DNA of 64,000 nucleotides from Auanema rhodensis (Eukaryota; Animalia; Nematoda). A program made the position numbers and the translations under genes. Below, in pieces: positions 24,571-37,500 of the stretch. The DNA lies in NCBI GenBank assembly GCA_964057225.1, contig OZ059899.1:17298001-17362000 (forward strand). Reading direction: 5' to 3'. How positions within the stretch are numbered: position 1 is the first letter of the stretch; each line of letters opens with the position of its first letter. The notes beneath the pieces are model-generated. The model was given only the letters and a program-made list of their open reading frames with translations. It ran no database searches and had not been told where the DNA came from.

Positions 24571-27500
24571 GCAAATCTGATAACACAGATCGACGCAGCT
24601 TAAAAATCCGCATCGAATGCACTATACTACATTGAGAAACGCTCAATACAAAAATTAGTTATGATCGTTTGAAAAATGATGCATTAGTGTATGTTGAGTT
24701 TCCATGTACACTCAACATTGCTTCCAAAAACATTTTGACAAAAATTTTTTCGAAAAATTTCAAAATAATTTCGCAAAAAGTAAATGTTTTTAGATTCCTT
24801 TTTTTAAGGCAAAGACGATGGACAATGTTATTCAACGAAAAAATTAATTCTGCAGGGTGAAAATCGAGGATATAAGTGTGAACTTATATCAGTTGATATC
24901 TCGGTGCATTTTTAAGCTAGCGCAAATCTGATAACACAGATCGACGCAGTTTAAAAATCCGCATCGAATGCACTATACTACATTGAGAAACGCTTAATAC
25001 AAAACTTAGTTATGATCGTTTGAAAAAAGATGCATTAGTGTATGTTGAGTTTCCATGTACACTCAACATTGCTTCCAAAAACATTTTGACAAAAATTTTT
25101 CCAAAAAATTTCAAAATAATTTCGCAGAAAGTAGATGTTTTTAGATTCCTTTTTTCAAGGCAAAGACGATGGACAATGTTATTCAAAGAAAAAATTAATT
25201 CTCCAGGGTGAAAATCGAGGATGTAAGTGTGAGCTTATATCAGTTGATATCTCGGTGCATTTTTAAGCTAGCGCAAATCTGATAACACAGATCGACGCAG
25301 TTTAAAAATCCGCATCGAATGCACTATACTACATTGAGAAACGCTTAATACAAAACTTAGTTATGATCGTTTGAAAAAAGATGCATTAGTGTATGTTGAG
25401 TTTCCATGTACACTCAACATTGCTTCCAAAAACATTTTGACAAAAAGTTTTTCGAAAAATTTCAAAATAATTTCGCAAAAAGTAAATGTTTTTAGATTCC
25501 TTTTTTAAGGCAAAGACGATGGACAATGTTATTCAACGAAAAAATTAATTCTGCAGGGTGAAAATCGAGGATATAAGTGTGAACTTATATCAGTTGATAT
25601 CTCGGTGCATTTTTAAGCTAGCGCAAATCTGATAACACAGATCGACGCAGTTTAAAAATCCGCATCGAATGCACTATACTACATTGAGAAACGCTTAATA
25701 CAAAACTTAGTTATGATCGTTTGAAAAAAGATGCATTAGTGTATGTTGAGTTTCCATGTACACTCAACATTGCTTCCAAAAACATTTTTACAAAAATTTT
25801 TCCGAAAAATTTCGAAATAATTTCGCAGAAAGTAGATGTTTTTAGATTCCTTTTTTCAAGGCAAAGACGATGGACAATGTTATTCAACGAAAAAATTAAT
25901 TCTCCAGGGTGAAAATCGAGGATGTAAGTGTGAGCTTATATCAGTTGATATCTCGGTGCATTTTTAAGCTAGCGCAAATCTGATAACACAGATCGACGCA
26001 GTTTAAAAATCCGCATCGAATGCACTATACTACATTGAGAAAAGCTTAATATAAAAATTAGTTATGATCGTTTGAAAAATGATGCATTAGTGTATGTTGA
26101 GTTTCCATGTACACTCAACATAGCTTCCAAAAACATTTTGACAAAAATTTTTCCGAAAAATTTCGAAATAATTTCGCAGAAAGTAGATGTTTTTAGATTC
26201 CTTTTTTCAAGGCAAAGACGATGGACATTGTTATTCAACGAAAAAATTAATTCTGCAGGGTGAAAATCGAGGATATAAGTGTGAACTTATATCAGTTGAT
26301 ATCTCGGTGCATTTTTAAGCTAGCGCAAATCTGATAACACAGATCGACGCAGCTTAAAAATCCGCATCGAATGCACTATACTACATTGAGAAAAGCTTAA
26401 TATAAAAATTAGTTATGATCGTTTGAAAAATGATGCATTAGTGTATGTTGAGTTTCCATGTACACTCAACATAGCTTCCAAAAACATTTTGACAAAAATT
26501 TTTCCGAAAAATTTCGAAATAATTTCGCAGAAAGTAGATGTTTTTAGATTCCTTTTTTCAAGGCAAAGACGATGGACATTGTTATTCAACGAAAAAATTA
26601 ATTCTGCAGGGTGAAAATCGAGGATATAAGTGTGAACTTATATCAGTTGATATCTCGGTGCATTTTTAAGCTAGCGCAAATCTGATAACACAGATCGACG
26701 CAGCTTAAAAATCCGCATCGAATGCACTATACTACATTGAGAAACGCTTAATACAAAAATTAGTTATGATCGTTTGAAAAATGATGCATTAGTGTATGTT
26801 GAGTTTCCATGTACACTCAACATTGCTTCCAAAAACATTTTGACAAAAATTTTTTCGAAAAATTTCAGAATATTTTAGCAAAAAATAGTTGTTTTTAGAT
26901 TCCTTTTTTCAAGGCAAAGACGATGGACAATGTTATTCAACGAAAAAATTAATTCTGCAGGGTGAAAATCGAGGATATAAGTGTGAACTTATATCAGTTG
27001 ATATCTCGGTGCATTTTTAAGCTAGCGCAAATCTGATAACACAGATCGACGCAGCTTAAAAATCCGCATCGAATACACTATACTACATTGAGAAACGCTT
27101 ATTACAAAAATTAGTTATGATCGTTTGAAAAATGATGCATTAGTGTATGTTGAGTTTCCATGTACACTCAACATTGCTTCCAAAAACATTTTGACAAAAA
27201 TTTTTTCGAAAAATTTCAAAATAATTTCGCAAAAAGTAAATGTTTTTAGATTCCTTTTTTTAAGGCAAAGACGATGGACAATGTTATTCAACGAAAAAAT
27301 TAATTCTGCAGGGTGAAAATCGAGGATATAAGTGTGAACTTATATCAGTTGATATCTCGGTGCATTTTTAAGCTAGCGCAAATCTGATAACACAGATCGA
27401 CGCAGTTTAAAAATCCGCATCGAATGCACTATACTACATTGAGAAACGCTTAATACAAAACTTAGTTATGATCGTTTGAAAAAAGATGCATTAGTGTATG

Positions 27501-28079
27501 TTGAGTTTCCATGTACACTCAACATTGCTTCCAAAAACATTTTGACAAAAATTTTTCCAAAAAATTTCAAAATAATTTCGCAAAAAGTGAATGTTTTTAG
27601 ATTCCGTTTTTCAAGGCAAAGACGATGGACAATGTTATTCAACGAAAAAATTAATTCTCCAGGGTGAAAATTGAGGATGTAAGTGTGAGCGTATATCAGT
27701 TGATATCTCGGTGCATTTTTAAGCTAGCGCAAATCTGATAACACAGATCGACGCAGCTTACAAATCCGCATCGAATGCACTATACAACATTGAGAAACGC
27801 TTAATACAAAAATTAGTTATGATCGTTTGAAAAATGATGCATTAGTGTATGTTGAGTTTCCATGTACACTCAACATTGCTTCCAAAAACATTTTGACAAA
27901 AATTTTTTCGAAAAATTTCAAAATAATTTCGCAAAAAGTAAATGTTTTTAGATTCCTTTTTTTAAGGCAAAGACGATGGACAATGTTATTCAACGAAAAA
28001 ATTAATTCTGCAGGGTGAAAATCGAGGATATAAGTGTGAACTTATATCAGTTGATATCTCGGTGCATTTTTAAGCTAGC

Positions 28080-31000
28080 GCAAATCTGATAACACAGATC
28101 GACGCAGTTTAAAAATCCGCATCGAATGCACTATACTACATTGAGAAACGCTTAATACAAAACTTAGTTATGATCGTTTGAAAAAAGATGCATTAGTGTA
28201 TGTTGAGTTTCCATGTACACTCAACATTGCTTCCAAAAACATTTTTACAAAAATTTTTCCGAAAAATTTCGAAATAATTTCGCAGAAAGTAGATGTTTTT
28301 AGATTCCTTTTTTTAAGGCAAAGACGATGGACAATGTTATTCAACGAAAAAATTAATTCTGCAGGGTGAAAATCGAGGATATAAGTGTGAACATATATCA
28401 GTTGATATCTCGGTGCATTTTTAAGCTAGCGCAAATCTGATAACACAGATCGACGCAGCTTAAAAATCCGCATCGAATGCACTATACTACATTGAGAAAC
28501 GCTTAATACAAAACTTAGTTATGATCGTTTGAAAAAAGATGCATTAGTGTATGTTGAGTTTCCATGTATACTCAACATTGCTTCCAAAAACATTTTTACA
28601 AAAATTTTTTCGAAAAATTTCAGAATATTTTAGCAAAAAATAGTTGTTTTTAGATTCCTTTTTTCAAGGCAAAGACGATGGACAATGTTATTCAACGAAA
28701 AAATTAATTCTGCAGGGTGAAAATCGAGGATATAAGTGTGAACTTATATCAGTTGATATCTCGGTGCATTTTTAAGCTAGCGCAAATCTGATAACACAGA
28801 TCGACGCAGCTTAAAAATCCGCATCGAATGCACTATACTACATTGAGAAACGCTTAATACAAAACTTAGTTATGATCGTTTGAAAAAAGATGCATTAGTG
28901 TATGTTGAGTTTCCATGTACACTCAACATTGCTTCCAAAAACATTTTTACAAAAATTTTTCCGAAAAATTTCGAAATAATTTCGCAGAAAGTAGATGTTT
29001 TTAGATTCCTTTTTTCAAGGCAAAGACGATGGACATTGTTATTCAACGAAAAAATCAATTCTGCAGGGTGAAAATCGAGGATATAAGTGTGAACTTATAT
29101 CAGTTGATATCTCGGTGCATTTTTAAGCTAGCGCAAATCTGATAACACAGATCGACGCAGCTTAAAAATCCGCATCGAATGCACTATACTACATTGAGAA
29201 ACGCTCAATACAAAAATTAGTTATGATCGTTTGAAAAATGATGCATTAGTGTATGTTGAGTTTCCATGTACACTCAACATTGCTTCCAAAAACATTTTGA
29301 CAAAAATTTTTTCGAAAAATTTCAAAATAATTTCGCAAAAAGTAAATGTTTTTAGATTCCTTTTTTTAAGGCAAAGACGATGGACAATGTTATTCAACGA
29401 AAAAATTAATTCTCCAGGGTGAAAATCGAGGATATAAGTGTGAACTTATATCAGTTGATATCTCGGTGCATTTTTAAGCTAGCGCAAATCTGATAACACA
29501 GATCGACGCAGCTTACAAATCCGCATCGAATGCACTATACAACATTGAGAAACGCTTAATACAAAAATTAGTTATGATCGTTTGAAAAATGATGCATTAG
29601 TGTATGTTGAGTTTCCATGTACACTCAACATTGCTTCCAAAAACATTTTGACAAAACTTTTTTCGAAAAATTTCAAAATAATTTCGCAAAAAGTAAATGT
29701 TTTTAGATTCCTTTTTTTAAGGCAAAGACGATGGACAATGTTATTCAACGAAAAAATTAATTCTGCAGGTTGAAAATCGAGGATATAAGTGTGAACTTAT
29801 ATCAGTTGATATCTCGGTGCATTTTTAAGCTAGCGCAAATCTGATAACACAGATCGACGCAGTTTAAAAATCCGCATCGAATGCACTATACTACATTGAG
29901 AAACGCTTAATACAAAACTTAGTTATGATCGTTTGAAAAAAGATGCATTAGTGTATGTTGAGTTTCCATGTACACTCAACATTGCTTCCAAAAACATTTT
30001 TACAAAAATTTTTCCGAAAAATTTCGAAATAATTTCGCAGAAAGTAGATGTTTTTAGATTCCTTTTTTTAAGGCAAAGACGATGGACAATGTTATTCAAC
30101 GAAAAAATTAATTCTGCAGGGTGAAAATCGAGGATATAAGTGTGAACTTATATCAGTTGATATCTCGGTGCATTTTTAAGCTAGCGCAAATCTGATAACA
30201 CAGATCGACGCAGTTTAAAAATCCGCATCGAATGCACTATACTACATTGAGAAACGCTTAATACAAAACTTAGTTATGATCGTTTGAAAAAAGATGCATT
30301 AGTGTATGTTGAGTTTCCATGTACACTCAACATTGCTTCCAAAAACATTTTGACAAAAATTTTTTCGAAAAATTTCAAAATAATTTCGCAAAAAGTAAAT
30401 GTTTTTAGATTCCTTTTTTTAAGGCAAAGACGATGGACAATGTTATTCAACGAAAAAATTAATTCTGCAGGTTGAAAATCGAGGATATAAGTGTGAACTT
30501 ATATCAGTTGATATCTCGGTGCATTTTTAAGCTAGCGCAAATCTGATAACACAGATCGACGCAGCTTACAAATCCGCATCGAATGCACTATACAACATTG
30601 AGAAACGCTTAATACAAAAATTAGTTATGATCGTTTGAAAAATGATGCATTAGTGTATGTTGAGTTTCCATGTACACTCAACATTGCTTCCAAAAACATT
30701 TTTACAAAAATTTTTCCGAAAAATTTCGAAATAATTTCGCAGAAAGTAGATGTTTTTAGATTCCTTTTTTTAAGGCAAAGACGATGGACAATGTTATTCA
30801 ACGAAAAAATTAATTCTGCAGGGTGAAAATCGAGGATATAAGTGTGAACATATATCAGTTGATATCTCGGTGCATTTTTAAGCTAGCGCAAATCTGATAA
30901 CACAGATCGACGCAGCTTAAAAATCCGCATCGAATGCACTATACTACATTGAGAAACGCTTAATACAAAACTTAGTTATGATCGTTTGAAAAAAGATGCA

Positions 31001-31940
31001 TTAGTGTATGTTGAGTTTCCATGTACACTCAACATTGCTTCCAAAAACATTTTTACAAAAATTTTTTCGAAAAATTTCAGAATATTTTAGCAAAAAATAG
31101 TTGTTTTTAGATTCCTTTTTTCAAGGCAAAGACGATGGACAATGTTATTCAACGAAAAAATTAATTCTGCAGGGTGAAAATCGAGGATATAAGTGTGAAC
31201 TTATATCAGTTGATATCTCGGTGCATTTTTAAGCTAGCGCAAATCTGATAACACAGATCGACGCAGCTTAAAAATCCGCATCGAATGCACTATACTACAT
31301 TAAGAAACGCTTAATACAAAACTTAGTTATGATCGTTTGAAAAAAGATGCATTAGTGTATGTTGAGTTTCCATGTACACTCAACATTGCTTCCAAAAACA
31401 TTTTTACAAAAATTTTTCCGAAAAATTTCGAAATAATTTCGCAGAAAGTAGATGTTTTTAGATTCCTTTTTTCAAGGCAAAGACGATGGACATTGTTATT
31501 CAACGAAAAAATCAATTCTGCAGGGTGAAAATCGAGGATATAAGTGTGAACTTATATCAGTTGATATCTCGGTGCATTTTTAAGCTAGCGCAAATCTGAT
31601 AACACAGATCGACGCAGCTTAAAAATCCGCATCGAATGCACTATACTACATTGAGAAACGCTCAATACAAAAATTAGTTATGATCGTTTGAAAAATGATG
31701 CATTAGTGTATGTTGAGTTTCCATGTACACTCAACATTGCTTCCAAAAACATTTTGACAAAAATTTTTTCGAAAAATTTCAAAATAATTTCGCAAAAAGT
31801 AAATGTTTTTAGATTCCTTTTTTTAAGGCAAAGACGATGGACAATGTTATTCAACGAAAAAATTAATTCTGCAGGTTGAAAATCGAGGATATAAGTGTGA
31901 ACTTATATCAGTTGATATCTCGGTGCATTTTTAAGCTAGC
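28080..31940 (+). repeat. Partial higher-order repeat with 7-mer (2457 bp) offset
   Basis: The GAACATATATC allele is at ~28393 and ~30850. Matching monomer types follow at 28529/30986, 28880/31337 and 29231/31688. Confidence 0.8.
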
Positions 31941-34536
31941 GCAAATCTGATAACACAGATCGACGCAGTTTAAAAATCCGCATCGAATGCACTATACTAC
32001 ATTGAGAAACGCTTAATACAAAACTTAGTTATGATCGTTTGAAAAAAGATGCATTAGTGTATGTTGAGTTTCCATGTACACTCAACATTGCTTCCAAAAA
32101 CATTTTGACAAAAATTTTTCCAAAAAATTTCAAAATAATTTCGCAAAAAGTGAATGTTTTTAGATTCCGTTTTTCAAGGCAAAGACGATGGACAATGTTA
32201 TTCAACGAAAAAATTAATTCTCCAGGGTGAAAATCGAGGATATAAGTGTGAACTTATATCAGTTGATATCTCGGTGCATTTTTAAGCTAGCGCAAATCTG
32301 ATAACACAGATCGACGCAGCTTACAAATCCGCATCGAATGCACTATACAACATTGAGAAACGCTTAATACAAAAATTAGTTATGATCGTTTGAAAAATGA
32401 TGCATTAGTGTATGTTGAGTTTCCATGTACACTCAACATTGCTTCCAAAAACATTTTGACAAAACTTTTTTCGAAAAATTTCAAAATAATTTCGCAAAAA
32501 GTAAATGTTTTTAGATTCCTTTTTTTAAGGCAAAGACGATGGACAATGTTATTCAACGAAAAAATTAATTCTGCAGGTTGAAAATCGAGGATATAAGTGT
32601 GAACTTATATCAGTTGATATCTCGGTGCATTTTTAAGCTAGCGCAAATCTGATAACACAGATCGACGCAGTTTAAAAATCCGCATCGAATGCACTATACT
32701 ACATTGAGAAACGCTTAATACAAAACTTAGTTATGATCGTTTGAAAAAAGATGCATTAGTGTATGTTGAGTTTCCATGTACACTCAACATTGCTTCCAAA
32801 AACATTTTTACAAAAATTTTTCCGAAAAATTTCGAAATAATTTCGCAGAAAGTAGATGTTTTTAGATTCCTTTTTTTAAGGCAAAGACGATGGACAATGT
32901 TATTCAACGAAAAAATTAATTCTGCAGGGTGAAAATCGAGGATATAAGTGTGAACTTATATCAGTTGATATCTCGGTGCATTTTTAAGCTAGCGCAAATC
33001 TGATAACACAGATCGACGCAGTTTAAAAATCCGCATCGAATGCACTATACTACATTGAGAAACGCTTAATACAAAACTTAGTTATGATCGTTTGAAAAAT
33101 GATGCATTAGTGTATGTTGAGTTTCCATGTACACTCAACATTGCTTCCAAAAACATTTTGACAAAAATTTTTCCAAAAAATTTCAAAATAATTTCGCAAA
33201 AAGTGAATGTTTTTAGATTCCGTTTTTCAAGGCAAAGACGATGGACAATGTTATTCAACGAAAAAATTAATTCTCCAGGGTGAAAATCGAGGATATAAGT
33301 GTGAACTTATATCAGTTGATATCTCGGTGCATTTTTAAGCTAGCGCAAATCTGATAACACAGATCGACGCAGCTTACAAATCCGCATCGAATGCACTATA
33401 CAACATTGAGAAACGCTTAATACAAAAATTAGTTATGATCGTTTGAAAAATGATGCATTAGTGTATGTTGAGTTTCCATGTACACTCAACATTGCTTCCA
33501 AAAACATTTTGACAAAACTTTTTTCGAAAAATTTCAAAATAATTTCGCAAAAAGTAAATGTTTTTAGATTCCTTTTTTTAAGGCAAAGACGATGGACAAT
33601 GTTATTCAACGAAAAAATTAATTCTGCAGGTTGAAAATCGAGGATATAAGTGTGAACTTATATCAGTTGATATCTCGGTGCATTTTTAAGCTAGCGCAAA
33701 TCTGATAACACAGATCGACGCAGTTTAAAAATCCGCATCGAATGCACTATACTACATTGAGAAACGCTTAATACAAAACTTAGTTATGATCGTTTGAAAA
33801 AAGATGCATTAGTGTATGTTGAGTTTCCATGTACACTCAACATTGCTTCCAAAAACATTTTGACAAAAATTTTTCCAAAAAATTTCAAAATAATTTCGCA
33901 AAAAGTGAATGTTTTTAGATTCCGTTTTTCAAGGCAAAGACGATGGACAATGTTATTCAACGAAAAAATTAATTCTCCAGGGTGAAAATCGAGGATATAA
34001 GTGTGAACTTATATCAGTTGATATCTCGGTGCATTTTTAAGCTAGCGCAAATCTGATAACACAGATCGACGCAGCTTACAAATCCGCATCGAATGCACTA
34101 TACAACATTGAGAAACGCTTAATACAAAAATTAGTTATGATCGTTTGAAAAATGATGCATTAGTGTATGTTGAGTTTCCATGTACACTCAACATTGCTTC
34201 CAAAAACATTTTGACAAAAATTTTTTCGAAAAATTTCAAAATAATTTCGCAAAAAGTAAATGTTTTTAGATTCCTTTTTTTAAGGCAAAGACGATGGACA
34301 ATGTTATTCAATGAAAAAATTAATTCTGCAGGGTGAAAATCGAGAATATAAGTGTGAACTTATATCAGTTGATATCTCGGTGCATTTTTAAGCTAGCGCA
34401 AATCTGATAACACAGATCGACGCAGTTTAAAAATCCGCATCGAATGCACTATACTACATTGAGAAACGCTTAATACAAAAATTAGTTATGATCGTTTGAA
34501 AAATGATGCATTAGTGTATGTTGAGTTTCCATGTAC

Positions 34537-34556
34537 ACTCACTACAAGATTTGCGC
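34537..34556. other. Inversion (strand-switch) junction between the two arms, with 4-nt filler CTAC at 34542-34545
   Basis: The sequence reads ...CATGTACACTCA|CTAC|AAGATTTGCGCTATC. The forward match ends at 34541 (expected continuation ACATTG). The reverse match starts at 34546 against the local allele GTTATAAGATTTGCGC, or at 34547 against the GTTATCAGAT allele. Confidence 0.97.
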
Positions 34557-37500
34557 TATCTTTAAAATGCACCGATATATCAACTGATATAAGTTCACAC
34601 TTATATCCTCGATTTTCACCCTGAAGAATTAATTTTTTTGTTGAATAACATTGTCCATCGTTTTCGCCTTGAAAAAAGGAATCTAAAAACATCTACTTTT
34701 TGTAAAATTATTTTGAAATTTTTAGGGAAAATTTTTGTCAAAATGTTTTTGGAAGCAATGTTGAGTGTACATGGAAACTCAACATACACTAATGCATCAT
34801 TTTTCAAACGATCATAACTAATTTTTGTATTGAGCGTTTCTCAATGTAGTATAGTGCATTCGATGCGGATTTTTAAGCTGCGTCGATCTATGTTATCAGA
34901 TTTGCGCTATCTTTAAAATGCACCGATATATCAACTGATATAAGTTCACACTTATATCCTCGATTTTCACCCTGAAGAATTAATTTTTTTGTTGAATAAC
35001 ATTGTCCATCGTCTTCACCTTGAAAAAAGGAATCTAAAAACATCTACTTTTTGTGAAATTATTTTGAAATTTTTAGGGAAAATTTTTGTCAAAAAGTTTT
35101 TGGAAGCAATGTTGAGTGTACATGGAAACTCAACATACACTAATGCATCATTTTTCAAACGATCATAACTAATTTTTGTATTGAGCGTTTCTCAATGTAG
35201 TATAGTGCATTCGATGCGGATTTTTAAGCTGCGTCGATCTATGTTATAAGATTTGCGCTATCTTTAAAATGCACCGATATATCAACTGATATAAGTTCAC
35301 ACTTATATCCTCGATTTTCACCCTGAAGAATTAATTTTTTTGTTGAATAACATTGTCCATCGTTTTCGCCTTGAAAAAAGAAATCTAAAAACATCTACTT
35401 TTTGTAAAATTATTTTGAAATTTTTAGGGAAAATTTTTGTCAAAATGTTTTTGGAAGCAATGTTGAGTGTACATGGAAACTCAACATACACTAATGCATC
35501 ATTTTTCAAACGATCATAACTAATTTTTGTATTGAGCGTTTCTCAATGTAGTATAGTGCATTCGATGCGGATTTTTAAGCTGCGTCGATCTATGTTATAA
35601 GATTTGCGCTATCTTTAAAATGCACCGATATATCAACTGATATAAGTTCACACTTATATCCTCGATTTTCACCCTGAAGAATTAATTTTTTTGTTGAATA
35701 ACATTGTCCATCGTTTTCGCCTTGAAAAAAGGAATCTAAAAACATCTACTTTTTGTAAAATTATTTTGAAATTTTTAGGGAAAATTTTTGTCAAAATGTT
35801 TTTGGAAGCAATGTTGAGTGTACATGGAAACTCAACATACACTAATGCATCATTTTTCAAACGATCATAACTAATTTTTGTATTGAGCGTTTCTCAATGT
35901 AGTATAGTGCATTCGATGCGGATTTTTAAGCTGCGTCGATCTATGTTATAAGATTTGCGCTATCTTTAAAATGCACCGATATATCAACTGATATAAGTTC
36001 ACACTTATATCCTCGATTTTCACCCTGAAGAATTAATTTTTTTGTTGAATAACATTGTCCATCGTCTTTGCCTTGAAAAACGAAATCTAAAAACATCTAC
36101 TTTTTGTAAAATTATTTTGAAATTTTTAGGGAAAATTTTTGTCAAAATGTTTTTGGAAGCAATGTTGAGTGTACATGGAAACTCAACATACACTAATGCA
36201 TCATTTTTCAAACGATCATAACTAATTTTTGTATTGAGCGTTTCTCAATGTAGTATAGTGCATTCGATGCGGATTTTTAAGCTGCGTCGATCTATGTTAT
36301 AAGATTTGCGCTATCTTTAAAATGCACCGATATATCAACTGATATAAGTTCACACTTATATCCTCGATTTTCACCCTGAAGAATTAATTTTTTTGTTGAA
36401 TAACATTGTCCATCGTTTTCGCCTTGAAAAAAGAAATCTAAAAACATCTACTTTTTGTAAAATTATTTTGAAATTTTTAGGGAAAATTTTTGTCAAAATG
36501 TTTTTGGAAGCAATGTTGAGTGTACATGGAAACTCAACATACACTAATGCATCATTTTTCAAACGATCATGACTAATTTTTGTATTGAGCGTTTCTCAAT
36601 GTAGTATAATGCACTCGATGCGGATTTTTAAGCTGCGTCGATCTGTGTTATCAGATTTGCGCTAGCTTAAAAATGCACCGAGATATCAACTGATATAAGT
36701 TCACACTTATATCCTCGATTTTCACCCTGAAGAATTAATTTTTTTGTTGAATAACATTGTCCATCGTTTTCGCCTTGAAAAAAGGAATCTAAAAACATCT
36801 ACTTTTTGTAAAATTATTTTGAAATTTTTAGGGAAAATTTTTGTCAAAATGTTTTTGGAAGCAATGTTGAGTGTACATGGAAACTCAACATACACTAATG
36901 CATCATTTTTCAAACGATCATAACTAATTTTTGTATTGAGCGTTTCTCAATGTAGTATAGTGCATTCGATGCGGATTTTTAAGCTGCGTCGATCTATGTT
37001 ATAAGATTTGCGCTATCTTTAAAATGCACCGATATATCAACTGATATAAGTTCACACTTATATCCTCGATTTTCACCCTGAAGAATTAATTTTTTTGTTG
37101 AATAACATTGTCCATCGTTTTCGCCTTGAAAAAAGGAATCTAAAAACATCTACTTTTTGTAAAATTATTTTGAAATTTTTAGGGAAAATTTTTGTCAAAA
37201 TGTTTTTGGAAGCAATGTTGAGTGTACATGGAAACTCAACATACACTAATGCATCATTTTTCAAACGATCATAACTAATTTTTGTATTGAGCGTTTCTCA
37301 ATGTAGTATAGTGCATTCGATGCGGATTTTTAAGCTGCGTCGATCTATGTTATAAGATTTGCGCTATCTTTAAAATGCACCGATATATCAACTGATATAA
37401 GTTCACACTTATATCCTCGATTTTCACCCTGAAGAATTAATTTTTTTGTTGAATAACATTGTCCATCGTCTTTGCCTTGAAAAACGAAATCTAAAAACAT

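Larger units (their letters stand above)
1..34541 (+). repeat. Satellite DNA array, left arm: ~98.4 head-to-tail copies of a 351-bp AT-rich monomer (runs off the left edge)
   Basis: GCAAATCTGATAACACAGATCGACGCAG recurs at 1, 352, 703 and onward. ORF starts step by exactly 351 (99, 450, 801 ...) with a single 1-bp slip (25020 to 25721 = 701). The last copy starts at 34398 and is truncated at monomer position 144. Confidence 0.99.

Noticed and set aside
34618-34690. Hammerhead ribozyme/retrozyme (CTGAAGA matches CUGANGA on the right-arm + strand; CTGATAA...GAAAC on the other strand)
   Set aside because: No stem II closes between the CUGANGA box and a GAAA, no stem I/III with an NUH site can be built, and left-arm copies read CTGCAGA or CTGGAGA. 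A covariance-model search would settle it.
34486-34692. 68-aa ORF crossing the inversion junction
   Set aside because: A chimera of two satellite frames created by the junction, with no evidence of coding function. The 80-aa (56373) and 94-aa (63651) ORFs likewise arise from 1-bp indels.
34398-34700. Inversion as a fold-back read or assembly chimera
   Set aside because: A fold-back would mirror the same alleles and higher-order pattern. The arms have different haplotypes and different patterns. Spanning reads are still needed to exclude a misjoin.
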